From Leucoraja ocellata (taxonomy: Eukaryota), in the NCBI GenBank assembly GCA_036785375.1, contig JAWMAR010000384.1, positions 186,001 to 250,000 of the forward strand: a DNA stretch of 64,000 nucleotides, read 5' to 3'. How positions within the stretch are numbered: the first letter of the stretch is position 1; every line of letters begins with the position of its first letter. The translations under genes and the position numbers were made by a program. Below are positions 53,091 to 64,000 of the stretch, in pieces. The notes below the pieces were generated by a model that was given only the letters and a program-made list of their open reading frames with translations, had not been told where the DNA came from and did not search any database.

Positions 53091-53202
53091 AACTCGGTGA
53101 CGTTGTGATGTCGAGGAGTTCTTAAGGGGAGATTTCTCAAGAACCAGAAACGGACCTCTGTCGGAAAACGTTTAGATTCTGACCCTCGCCACCTCCTTCA
53201 CC

Positions 53203-53251
53203 ATGTCTGAATGGATTCGCGTTCTTGCCGCGTTCGTGTTCTGCTTCCATA
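53203..53251 (+). CDS. IgL: Ig light chain cluster 4, leader exon (MSEWIRVLAAFVFCFH)
   Basis: Kozak-like accATG, signal peptide homologous to clusters 1-3, phase-1 GTAAGT donor at 53252. Confidence 0.9.
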
Positions 53252-53341
53252 GTAAGTAGAAACCCTAATCACCAGGCAGCTGCTCTTTGCATTCTGCTGA
53301 TAGATTGTATGTTTACGAATATTAATTTGTTATTTCACCAG

Positions 53342-53674
53342 CTTCAATCGCAGTGATTTTGGTGACTCAGGACCCTACGTCCATCTCCACTTCTCCGGGG
53401 GAAACGGTCAAGATGACTTGTACCCTCTCAGGAGCCCAGATGAGCAGCTACTACACTAGCTGGTATTGGCAAAAGACCGGCAGCGCCCCGGTCCTTGTGT
53501 GGTATGAGACCACCAGAGCTTCTGGAATTCCAGATCGATTCACCGGTACCGTGGATAAGCCGAACAATATAATGCACCTGACCATCACCAACCTGCGAGC
53601 TGAGGATGTCGCCGATTATTACTGTTTAGTTGGAACTATTGGCTTCGGGAAAGGAACCAAATTGAATCTAAGCA
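53342..53674 (+). CDS. IgL: Ig light chain cluster 4, divergent germline-joined VJ exon, 6-aa CDR3 LVGTIG
   Basis: ttatttcaccAG acceptor; VTQDP...C...SWYWQK...DVADYYC-LVGTIG-FGKGTKLNLS; GTAAGT donor at 53675. Confidence 0.95.
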
Positions 53675-56120
53675 GTAAGTACAATAATGACCACCTGAAA
53701 ATTAGCACAAGGCAACATCCGCTTTCACTTTGATCCGATTTTTAAAGCGCTTTACAAGTTGTCCTCCAATTCTTGCGATATTACGGGCGAATTAAGTCGG
53801 TGGCTTTAAGTTGAAATTTCTGCCAGTTTAATGTATTCACGCAGGATATGTGAGTAGCCGCGAGTGAGAGATAGAGAAAGTCAAACGCGAAAGACACCTC
53901 CTGTTAGTTCAAGTTGGGGGAAATAAACGAGCAGGTGGGAGCGGTCAGCGACTAGGCAGCATCTATGGAGACACAGAGGTGTTCAACATTTCAGGTTGAG
54001 TCTCTGAATTGGGACAAGGTATAACGAGGCCCCCGCAGATGGTTCTGAGTTCCTCCACCAGTTTATTTTTGTTTTGCAGCATTTGCAGCATCTGCCATCG
54101 CTCATGCCTCCGTGTTTAAAATCTTGGAGCGGGCGGACGAATCACTTATTAAGCTGATCTTCTCATCAAGCGTTTCAGCCTTGAGAAGAGAAGGGAATGG
54201 TTAAGCGTGGATGTAACAAAACCATGCGTGATAGATTAAAAAGTCACTTAGCTGAGTGAGTGTGGAAAGCATCACTGACGCGCAGACGAAAATAGAGAAT
54301 TGCTGGTTCCGCCAGTGCAATATCGGCCTATTTCGCGTTTGTTATTCCCGAATCTTTCTCTTTCTATATTCTACATACTCGATAGTATGGAAATCTCCGT
54401 TATCGCGTCATGCTGATGTACACTTGTTCATGTCTAAGTAACTACTCGATTTAAAAAATCTCATTTTGTTATCACAGTTGTGGGATGGTTCTCTAATCTC
54501 AGGAAAATCTGATGCGTTGGCTTTCTCTAAATTTGGCCTCTTAATAGTCAACATTATTGTCACCATGAAGATCAAAACTCAGGATTACCCCTCAAGCATC
54601 TCATGCTTCCTATCTCCCTTTTCATCCTTAACATGCTCATGAAATCTATCTCTTTGCCTAATAGCTTTCCCCTCCCCGTTTGTTATTCTACGTGAATGGT
54701 CTGACTGTGTTTAACAATGCCTTATGAGGCATTTTGCTGTGACATTCGACGAGAAAATAAATTTCGAATTAACTTCCGAGCCGAAACTCATTTCCAGTAA
54801 ATACAAAAAACTCAATTATAAAATCTGCAAACGCCGCTATTTTATTTCACACTAAACACCTTCGTGAGCATTTTCTGATTCTGGCATATCATTCACTTTC
54901 GTTAACTTTTATTTGAATATCTTTGTATTTGGCAAGTTGTTCAGTCCAATATAACTGAACATGTTGATACTGTCGCGATAGAAATAATGTTTGGCTGCAT
55001 TAGTTTGGAATATGGTACGTCGTATATATATATATATAAATATATCGAAGTAAGTATTTTGTGCAATATTTACATTTTTTTAAATATTTATATCTTCAAA
55101 TCTACCATTGGTAAGGAGTCAATGAAGTATTTTATTAGACTTTTGAAGGGCTGACGATAAACTGCGAACTGTTCATTATTTCAATCGCGCTGGATATTTC
55201 AATCAAAAATCTTCCTTTATTCTGGACCATGCGGGCAAAATGGAATTAGTGACTTGAGTTTGAGGTTGACACGGATTGTGGCTTTCAACCTTCTATACGA
55301 TAAAATTAAAGATCCGTGCTTATTCAGGAACTTTTCAAAACGAATCAATGTTGCTGCGACTGTAGCGGTTGCAGCGGTTAGTAATATTTACACGTGCACT
55401 GTGTGAACTGTGCGAAGTGTGTTTTAAGACAGCAATAGAAGGGCAATACAGAAAACTAGATGTTGAAATCCTGAATGAAACGCAAAGTGCTCAGCACTTT
55501 GGTAAGTGGGTCAGCGGGTCAGGCAGCATCTGAGAAGGGTTCATTAAATTGTTGCGGAAATCAATCGGCATTGATCACAGAGAAATATTTTGAGTTTGGC
55601 GGCTAATCTCCAAATCTCGCCGCATTTAATTTCAAGGGTGGAATGAAATGGACCGAAGCATTTCTTTGTAAGACTCCCGCTTTAATTAATGTTGATTCCT
55701 CTGACCGACCCCATCTTCCCCCACCCCTACTCAATCGCCCAGTTTACATCAAGATTGTCCCAATTACATTTTCAACCACGAGGATGTAAATAGGATAAGC
55801 ATTTAATGGAACACAACGTATTTACGGGAGTGTCTCTTTCCAAAATATCTACCAAAAATCATTGATTTATTCTTACATTTGTGAATTGTTTCCAGACCTT
55901 TGGACAAACTGTAGTAATGATCTTCTGTTGCACAGACATTTTCACGTGTTTGCAAAATTAGATTAATTGTAAAGTAGTGGAAATAAAAACATAATACACG
56001 GTGTCAGGAGTAGACTACCCAATACTTCCAGTTGGATCCGAAGATACTCCATTCATATTAATCCTAAACGGCCTGAAAGATATTCTGTTTAAGAAAGAAC
56101 TACAGATGCTGGAAATATCG

Positions 56121-56322
56121 AAGGTAGACAAAAATGCTGGAGAAACGCAGCGGGTGAGGCAGCATCTATGGAGCGAAGGAATAGGTGACGTTTCGGATCG
56201 AGACCCTTCTTCAGACCTTCTTCCGTCTAAAGAAGGGTCTCGACCCGAAACGTCGCCTATTTCCTTCGCTCCATAGATGCTGCTTCACCCGCTAAGTTTC
56301 TCCAGCATTTTTGTCTACCTTT
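56121..56322. repeat. Long inverted-repeat interspersed element (~96-bp arms, 8-nt loop) in the cluster 4 J-C intron
   Basis: aaggtagacaaaaatgctggagaaac...tcagac mirrors gtctaaagaagggtc...gcatttttgtctacctt. Related copies or half-copies at ~1115, ~5700-5870, ~39590, ~58040-58200, ~59250 and ~63150. Confidence 0.85.
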
Positions 56323-56571
56323 GAAAGATATTCTGAATCTGTTCTCTCTGGTGCTGGGGGAAATGTTCTCGCTGCATGCAATCTTTCAAGACATCAAAGG
56401 AGTTTGCCTGTTTCGATGCTCTGAAATCCAGAGATTGCATCCCCATCTACTCAATTCTCCCTCACACGGCAAACAATCTATCTCTGGAACCCGGGGAAGC
56501 AAAAAAAAACCACTTGATTCGGAAGGCCAGCGTTAATAATCCACTATGCTGTACTTCTTTCTATTTTCCAG

Positions 56572-56894
56572 ATCCCCAGCCTCCCGCGGTGTCAGTCCTT
56601 GGGCCATCAGAGGAAGAAATCGCGGGAAAGGGCACCGCCACTCTGGTGTGTTTGGTGAACGGGTTCAACCCGGGCGTTGTGGACATTGAGTGGACGGTGG
56701 ACGGCAGTGCGAGAAGTGATGGCGTCGACACAGGCCGAGCCCAGCAGGATCAGGACAACACGTTCAGTACCAGCAGTTACCTGACTCTGCCAGCCGCCTA
56801 CTGGAACTCACACGAGCTTTACTCCTGTGTGGTTAAACACGAGACTCAGACAACCCCACTGAAGACAAACATCGCCAGATCTGGTTGTGCTTGA
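56572..56894 (+). CDS. IgL: Ig light chain cluster 4, constant exon
   Basis: ctattttccAG acceptor; PQPPAVSVLGPSEEE...ATLVCLV...YSCVVKH...SGCA. Spliced CDS 705 nt = 234 aa. Confidence 0.95.
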
Positions 56895-56930
56895 TTCAAA
56901 AATATGATGTCTTGAATTGATACATTTGGA

Positions 56931-56936
56931 AATAAA
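56931..56936 (+). terminator. Candidate polyadenylation signal AATAAA, cluster 4
   Basis: First AATAAA after the stop, 36 nt downstream; not at the position used by clusters 1-3. Confidence 0.4.
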
Positions 56937-59819
56937 ATTCACGCACAGAGATTACATGTCTGTTTTCTTTTATAGATTTTTTTCAGTCACAGAAAATGCA
57001 CAATGTAATTTAATATAGAGAGGAGAGCAATAATGTCTCATTTATCGCCCTGCATTGCTCGACTATTTTGTACCAAAACAATGATATCCTAAATATGCAT
57101 TAATACATTAGTAAATATGCTGAGCAAAAGTTTTAACTTCAGCAAATTAACTTTACAACAGTTAGGACGGAAACGATGCAGTACACGAAGAGTTTATTCG
57201 CCATGGTTTTGTTTCCAGGCCATGGCGCCTAATTAAACGAATCCAAGTTTGTCTTTTTAAGTACGTTTATGGAAGCGTTAATTCGCAACCACCCAATTAT
57301 GTGCAGAGTCACCTTCTCAGATTATATTTTCACGACAGTGACAATGTTGCCACTGCCGTAGTCCAGTACTCCAGTAGGGTACTCCAGTACCGTAGACTTC
57401 ATTCAGACTTATTATGGAGTACACAACTCGCCGGGAAATTAAAACCGATCAAGTAAGATGGGAAAGTTTGCACTGGTTTGTAGAGGGCCATTGCAACAAC
57501 AACCGGAGAGGGCTAGGTAAATAAAGCAGAAGAAAATTGCTGGAGGAACTCGGGTGGTCGGAGGATCTGGTGTCAAAGAAACTGGCAATGTTTGGGGTCG
57601 AGTGCGTGCATCCGGAATTTTTGTGGAGGGGAGGGGGCCAATATAAAGAGCTAAGAGTGTGGGGGGAAACAGGGGCTGGCTGGTGAAAAGTGGAACTAGT
57701 TAAGAAGGGGCAGAAGGTGCCATGTTAAAGAGGGGGAGTGATACAGTCGGGAGAAAGCAGCTGGTGGGTGGGTGATAGAGACTAATGTGGGGAGAGAAGC
57801 AACAATGAGATAATAGGGGGTGGGGGGAGGGGGGGTGGATTTAGACACAGAAGGTGGAAGATAATGAGCAGAGACACGGGAGGCTGCATTTACGGAAACT
57901 GATAGTGGAGAAAGTGAGGGTTGGTGGGCACATGGAACCAGTTGGACAAGGTGTAGGAAAAAGAAAGTTGTGTAGATCTGATTGAAAGTTCATAATTTTA
58001 ATCAATTATGGAAATACACAGCCGTGTATCAAACTGGGATAGACACAAAGAGCTGTAGTAACTCAGCGGGACAGGCAGCATCTCTGGAGAGAAGGAATGG
58101 GTGACCAAGAAGGGTCTCGACCCGAAACGTCAATCATTCCTTCTCTCCAGAGAAGCTGCCTGTCTCGCTGAGTTACTCCAGCTTTTTGTGTCTATCTTCG
58201 GTTTAAACAAGCATCTGCAGTTCTTCCCCACACATATTATCTCACTGGGATAGTTTACATTCGAAAGGAAGGGATAAATGAGATGGTTTTCACTGGAAAT
58301 GAGATTGATAACAGGATTCAGCATTGAGATGTCACCATGATGATAAGATATGTCACTATGACGATAATAGTCACTATGACGATTAAAAAAAAACGATTCC
58401 CCAATGGGTGAGATGGTGCCCCTCAAATGAAATTGAATGAACTGTGGTCTAGCAGTTAGATCGGAAGCAGGGGGCGGGATGCAATAATCCAGGGTTTGCT
58501 CATTGGCTGGTTAAGCGGAGTTCTATTCCAGTCAGGAGAGGCGCAGATCGTAAAACGTTACGATGGGGAATAAACTGGGTGAAAACAAGAAGCAAACGGA
58601 TTAAGTCAGTCAGCAAAATAATAGCTTGTGGATTTGACCGTGGAGAATTAATAAATCGTCTGCGGTCCCAGGATTTTTGAGTGGGGTCCCTGTATGCTGA
58701 ATGGACTTGGAAGGGCATTTTGAACGGCCAAAACTGTCCCCGAAACGAGCTTGATAGAAGCTGATCCTTGAAAATTATGACGCGTGCGATGTGATGCCCC
58801 CCCCCCCCCCCGCCCCCCTCCCCCCCCCAACCCCCCAGTGAGCTCCAATTTCTCAACAAACCCCAGGGTCGTGCTAATTGGCCACTGTAACTTTCAGTTA
58901 ATGGAGGAGCATTAATTGACATTGTGGGCGAATAGATCACGAGGAAATAAGAAGGAGAGCGGGATGGATTGGGTTGTTCTCTGACCTGCGAACACTCCCA
59001 TCCATGTCGTTGTCAAATCTGGAATCGAAGCATGAAAATATCAAGCTGTCACCCGGATGTCCATATATGGGACCTCCCATTAATGTGGAATTATTGACAT
59101 TTATTTTCAATCATTCTGCTGAGAGCTTTTGTTATTTAAGTTATTCAAGTGGAAAATGTACTTACTCCTGGCCTACTCCTGCACCTATTGTCTATTGTCT
59201 ATTGTCTATTGTGGGTGACACCAAAGAAAGAGGAACTCATTATTATCGGTAGACATAAATGCTCGATTAACTCAGCGGGACAGGCAACGTTTCTGGTGAG
59301 AAGGAATGGGTGACGTTTTGGGTTAAGACCCTTCATCAGACCCTTCGTCAGCTTCATGTAAAATAACTCCAAAATGATACATTGACCACGAATGACAGCA
59401 CACGCACGTTGATTGAATGTAATGAATCCAAACCTTACGAAATTAATCTACTTTCATTATTTAAGAGAAAGGAATTCTGTAGGTTAGGTAGTGTAAAACC
59501 TAGAAATTAATTGTTCAGCAATGTCATGCGTAGAGCTGTTAGAATGTGAAAATGAATCCCATCAAGAAATTGGGCCATTCGGCCCATCAAGTCTACTCGA
59601 CCATTCAATCGTGGCTAATCCATCACTCTCCCCTTACCCCATTCTACTACCTTCTCCCCATAACCTCTGACACCTATGAATTTGTGCATTTATTTGGTAT
59701 CAAAAAATATATCAATGCATGGTTATCAAATTAATCAACATGCGCCAACGTGGATCGCATTCCACCTAATTCTAAATTTTGGGTAGCCACCAGAGAGGAA
59801 ACATAGTCGTCAACTACCA

Positions 59820-62200
59820 CAATGAACTCCCTCAATAGCAAGAATGTCCTTCCTCAAATTTGGACACCAAAACTGCACAGGGCCCTGAACAACTGCAGAA
59901 GAACCTCTTTGTTGCTATACTCAACTCCTCTTGTGATGAAGGCCAACATGTAATTCGCTTTTCTCGCTGCCCGCTGTACCTGCATGCTTGCTTTCATTGA
60001 TTGATGAACAAGGACCCCAGATCCCATTGTACATCCCCTTTTCCCAACTTGACACCATTTAGACAATAATCTGCCTTTCTGTTATGCCACCTCACATCTA
60101 TCCACATTAAACTGCATCTGCCATGCATCTGCCCACTCACCCAACCTGTCCAAGTCACTCTGCATCCTCATAGCATCCTCCTCACAGTTCACACTGCCAA
60201 CCAGCTTTGTGTCATCTACAAATTTGCTAATGTTACTTTCAATCCCTTCATCTAAATCATTAATATATATTGTAAATAGCTGCGGTCCCAGCACCTAGCC
60301 TTGCGGTACCCCACTAGTCACTGCGTACCATTCTGAAAGGGACCCGTTAATCCCTACTCTTTGTCTCCTGCCTGCCAACCAATTTTTTATCCATGTCAGC
60401 ACCCTTCCCCCAATACCATGTGCTCTAATTTTGCCCACTAATCTCCTATGTGGGACCTTATCAAATGTTTTCTGAAAGTCCAGGTACACTACATCCACTG
60501 AATCTCCCTTGTCCATTTTCCCAGTTACATCCGCAAAAAAACTCCAGAAGATTAGTCAGGCATGATTTCCCCTTCGTAAATCCATGCTGACTCAGACCGA
60601 TCCTGCTACTGCGATCCAAATGTGCTGCTATTTCATCTTTTATAATTGAATCCAGCGTCTTCCCCACCACCGATGTCAGGCTAACTGGACTATAATTCCC
60701 TGTTTTCTCTCTCCCGCCTTTCTTAAAAAGTGGGATAACATTAGCTACCCTCCAATCCACATGAACTGATCCTTTCTATAGAACATTGGAAAATGATCAC
60801 CAATGCATCCACGATCCCTAGAGCCACTTAAGTACCCTGGGATGCAGACCATCAGGCCCTGGGGATTAATCAGCCTTCAGTCCCACCAACACCATTTCCT
60901 GCCTAATGTGAATTTCCTTCAGTTCCTCCGTCAGCCTGGTTCCTCTGTCCACTACGATATCAGGAAGATTATTTGTGCCCTCCATAGTTGTTTGTGAATG
61001 ATCCACTACATGGATTAATAAGGGTTAATCTACATTAGTGAAGGATCCAAAGTACCTGTTCAACTCGTCTGCCATCTCCTTGTTCCCTATAATAAATTCG
61101 CCCTGTTCAGTCTTCAAGGGTCCAACTTTGGTCTTAACTAAATTTTCCCTCTTCACATACCTAAAGAAGCTTTTACTATCCTCCTTTATATTCCTGGCTA
61201 GTTTACCTTCGTACCTCATATTTTCTCTACGTATTGCCTTTTTAGTTATCTTCTGTTGTTCTTTAAAAGTTACCCAATCCTCTGGCTTCCCGCTTATCTT
61301 TGCTATGTTGTACTTTTCTTTTCTTTTATACTTTCCCCGACTTCCCTTGTCAACCACGGTCGCCTCTTACTCCCCTTGGAATCTTTCTTCCTCTTTGGAA
61401 TGAACTGATCCTGCACCTTCTGTATTATTTCCAGAAATACCTACCATTGTTGTTCCACTGTCATCCCTGCTAGGGTATCTTTCCAGTCAACTTGGCCAGC
61501 TCCTCCTTCATGGCTCCATATTCCCCTTTGTTCAACTGTAACACTGACACCTCCGATTTACCCTTCTCCCTCTCAAATTGTAGATTAAAACGTATCATAT
61601 TATGGTCACTACCTCCTAATGTCTCCTTTGCCTCGTGTTCCTTTATCAAATCCGGTTCATTGCACAACATTAAATCCAAAATTGCCTTCTCCCTGGTAGG
61701 CTCCAATACAAGCTGCTCTAAAAACCCATCAGGGAGGCACTCCACTAACTCCCTTTCTTGGGGTTCAGAACCAACCTGATTTCCCCAGTCCACCTGCATG
61801 CTGAAATCTCCCATAACAACCTTTACAACATGCCAATTTTAACTCTTGATTCAAACCTGCACCCTATATCCAGGCTATTGTTTGGGGGGCCTGTAGATGA
61901 CACTCATTAAGGTCTTTTTACCCTTACTATTTCTCAGTTCCATCCATACTGACTCTACATTTACTGATTCTATGTCACCCCCCGCAAGGGACTGAATTTA
62001 ATTCCCCACCAGCAGAGCTACCCCACTCCCTCTGTCCACCTGTCTGTTTTTCGTTAGGACGTATATAATAGAATATTCAGTTCCCAGCCCTGGTCCTCTT
62101 GCATCCATGTCTCTGTAATTCCCACAACATCATACTTGCCAATTTCTGGCTCAAGCTCATCCACTTTATTTCTTAAACTTCGCGCAATACAACACCTTGA
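59820..62200 (-). mobile_element. Large degenerate CR1 ORF2 fragment (endonuclease and RT)
   Basis: YDVVGITETW, MGDF, LDL.LCN, SDH, DWRVANVIPLFKKG, QHGF.KGKSCLTNL, YLDFQK.FDKVPH, SGVPQG, FVDDTKL; multiple frameshifts. Confidence 0.92.
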
Positions 62201-64000
62201 CTTCGTTATCTACCTCCCCTCTCACTCCGGTCCCTATTGGCCCCGACCTTACTCTCTTTCCCTTCTCGAACATTCCTTCACATTAATTCGGGAGTCTTAT
62301 GTAACTTTTCCTGTACTCACTTCCGCATTAACTCTATCTTTATACTAATTTGTCAATCCCTCCTCCCCCCCCCCCCCCCCCCCCACCCCCCATCCCGCTG
62401 ACTAGTTAGAACGCAACAAAAGCTTTTCACTGTACCTCGGTACACGTGACAATATACTAAACACGAACTCCTAGTAGAGGTTGCTATTGAATCAGCCGGT
62501 GCTTTTGAATGACGGAGAATTTTCAGGTGCTAAGCATCCCAAATTTGTTACAAATTGTATTTTCTGAAGCATATCAGCGATTCGTGGGGTTTGTGATCAT
62601 CTGATAGCTCATGGCTACCGTCGCCCCAAGCAAAGATGATCTTTTTCCCAATTAGCTTTTAATTCCAGATTTCTTGCAAGTCATTACTAATTCAAACCCG
62701 CAAACAGTGGAACATAATGTCTGAAATAACACACATTTTCTTATGCTATTACTTCGCGTGTGCCAGATGTGCTTACACCGGTAGGTGGTTATGTTGTAGA
62801 CCTTAAACCTCCGTCTAGAAGATTATCGATAGAAAGATAACTAAGAAATTAATATTGAATTGCTAAACTTGCTATTGTGTTGTACTGCTTACAGCCGCAA
62901 GAACGTGTAGCAATCAATAAAGGGCTATAGGCCGATTGCGAGTTTATGTACAGGGACATATCTATCCATGCACTGTATACTTGTATTTATACTTATGCAT
63001 CTTAAATATGCATGGCATGTTTTATACTTTGGCAATATAACAATGTATTTTTTATCATGCCAATAAAGTTTTTTAATTGAAATTAAAATTGAAATTGATA
63101 AATGTCTTCGGAAGCCGCGCCCGTAATAAGTCCGAGGAAAGATCTGGACTCAAAACATCACCTATTCCCTTTCTCCAGAGATGCTGCCAACCCCGCTGAG
63201 GTACTCCAGCTTTTTATGTCTTTCTTCCCTGAATACACAAGGTCGAATAGTCTGCGCACTGCAATCTTTTATAGGCTTTGTCGAATTCATGCGCTTCGAT
63301 TGTTCAGAATGATTCTACCCCTCTGTACTCGGCGCGGGTGTTTTCCAGTCGACTAAAGTTCCCAGATCCGACTGGCTCAGATTGGAACAACAGCAGCAGG
63401 AGCACCAACAACACGTGCTGTGCATGAGTCAAAGAGAGCATCACGTTAAAATCTTCGCCCTCTGTCCGAACTCACGAGAGATTGTCTATATTTCCGAAGG
63501 CCTTTGACTATCAGAAATATTTATCAACTGGTAAATCAGGGCCATTCAATTAAATAAGGAAAAAAAGTGAAAGGCAAGAAATTATTATTACCGACGTAAG
63601 ACAATGGTAATAATTTAAAACATTTAAAAAAATAATAAAAGCAATTTCAGATGTTGCAAACCGGGACAAAAAAACAAATTGCTGGAGGATCTCAGAAGGT
63701 TTGGCAGCATCAAATAAAACAAACTACCATATTTTAACCTAACTTCCGCTCGCTTTATACGCCAGAGAATGAGCTGGCTAATCCTATACCGCCTGATCAC
63801 CGACAAGATTTCAGCGTGTGTGTGTGTGTAAATGCGGTGGAATCTCGAGATCAATAGTGGTCGAGGCCCCGGACAAAATGGCTGATGGAGGTATCAAACG
63901 TTTTTTATGGTTGGATTTTCACTAAAGTTCTTCAAAAAGTCCTTTAACTTAAAGCCAGATAAGTCATGGGATCAATGCTTTGTCGGAGATTAGTTTAGTT

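Noticed and set aside
56376-56571. 172-aa ORF extending upstream of the cluster 4 C exon
   Set aside because: The 5' part is intronic sequence before a clear acceptor at 56571.
58351-58384. Short tandem duplication gtcactatgacgat and similar micro-repeats (37790-37838, 57365-57390)
   Set aside because: Ordinary slippage repeats with no spacer structure; not CRISPR-like.

Overview
Vertebrate genomic DNA, most likely a cartilaginous fish and probably a skate or ray (inferred from the Ig type and the repeat content). The window holds four same-strand immunoglobulin light-chain gene clusters (leader exon, pre-joined VJ exon, C exon). All four are germline-joined: V runs in frame into J with no RSS. 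All have intact splice sites and reading frames (about 234-237 aa after splicing) and an E-box plus octamer promoter. The V motif SWYWQK..PV.VWY and the J motif FG.GTKLNL resemble the elasmobranch type I (NS5 / sigma-cart, also called lambda-2) isotype. Clusters 1-3 lie in a recent tandem segmental triplication of a ~14-15 kb unit, yet their CDR3s differ. Cluster 4 is a much older, divergent paralog with a 6-residue CDR3. The rest of the window is mostly transposon-derived: CR1, L1, Rex1-like, two non-autonomous Helitrons (one with an empty paralogous site), a hAT MITE, an unclassified TIR element with a 5-bp TSD, and LINE-tailed SINE-like elements. There are two N gaps. Germline joining of light chains is an established phenomenon in cartilaginous fish, so I do not claim a wholly new system. 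The most interesting points are how this innate-like antibody repertoire is diversifying and being homogenised, and the transposon events that comparison of the paralogous copies reveals.
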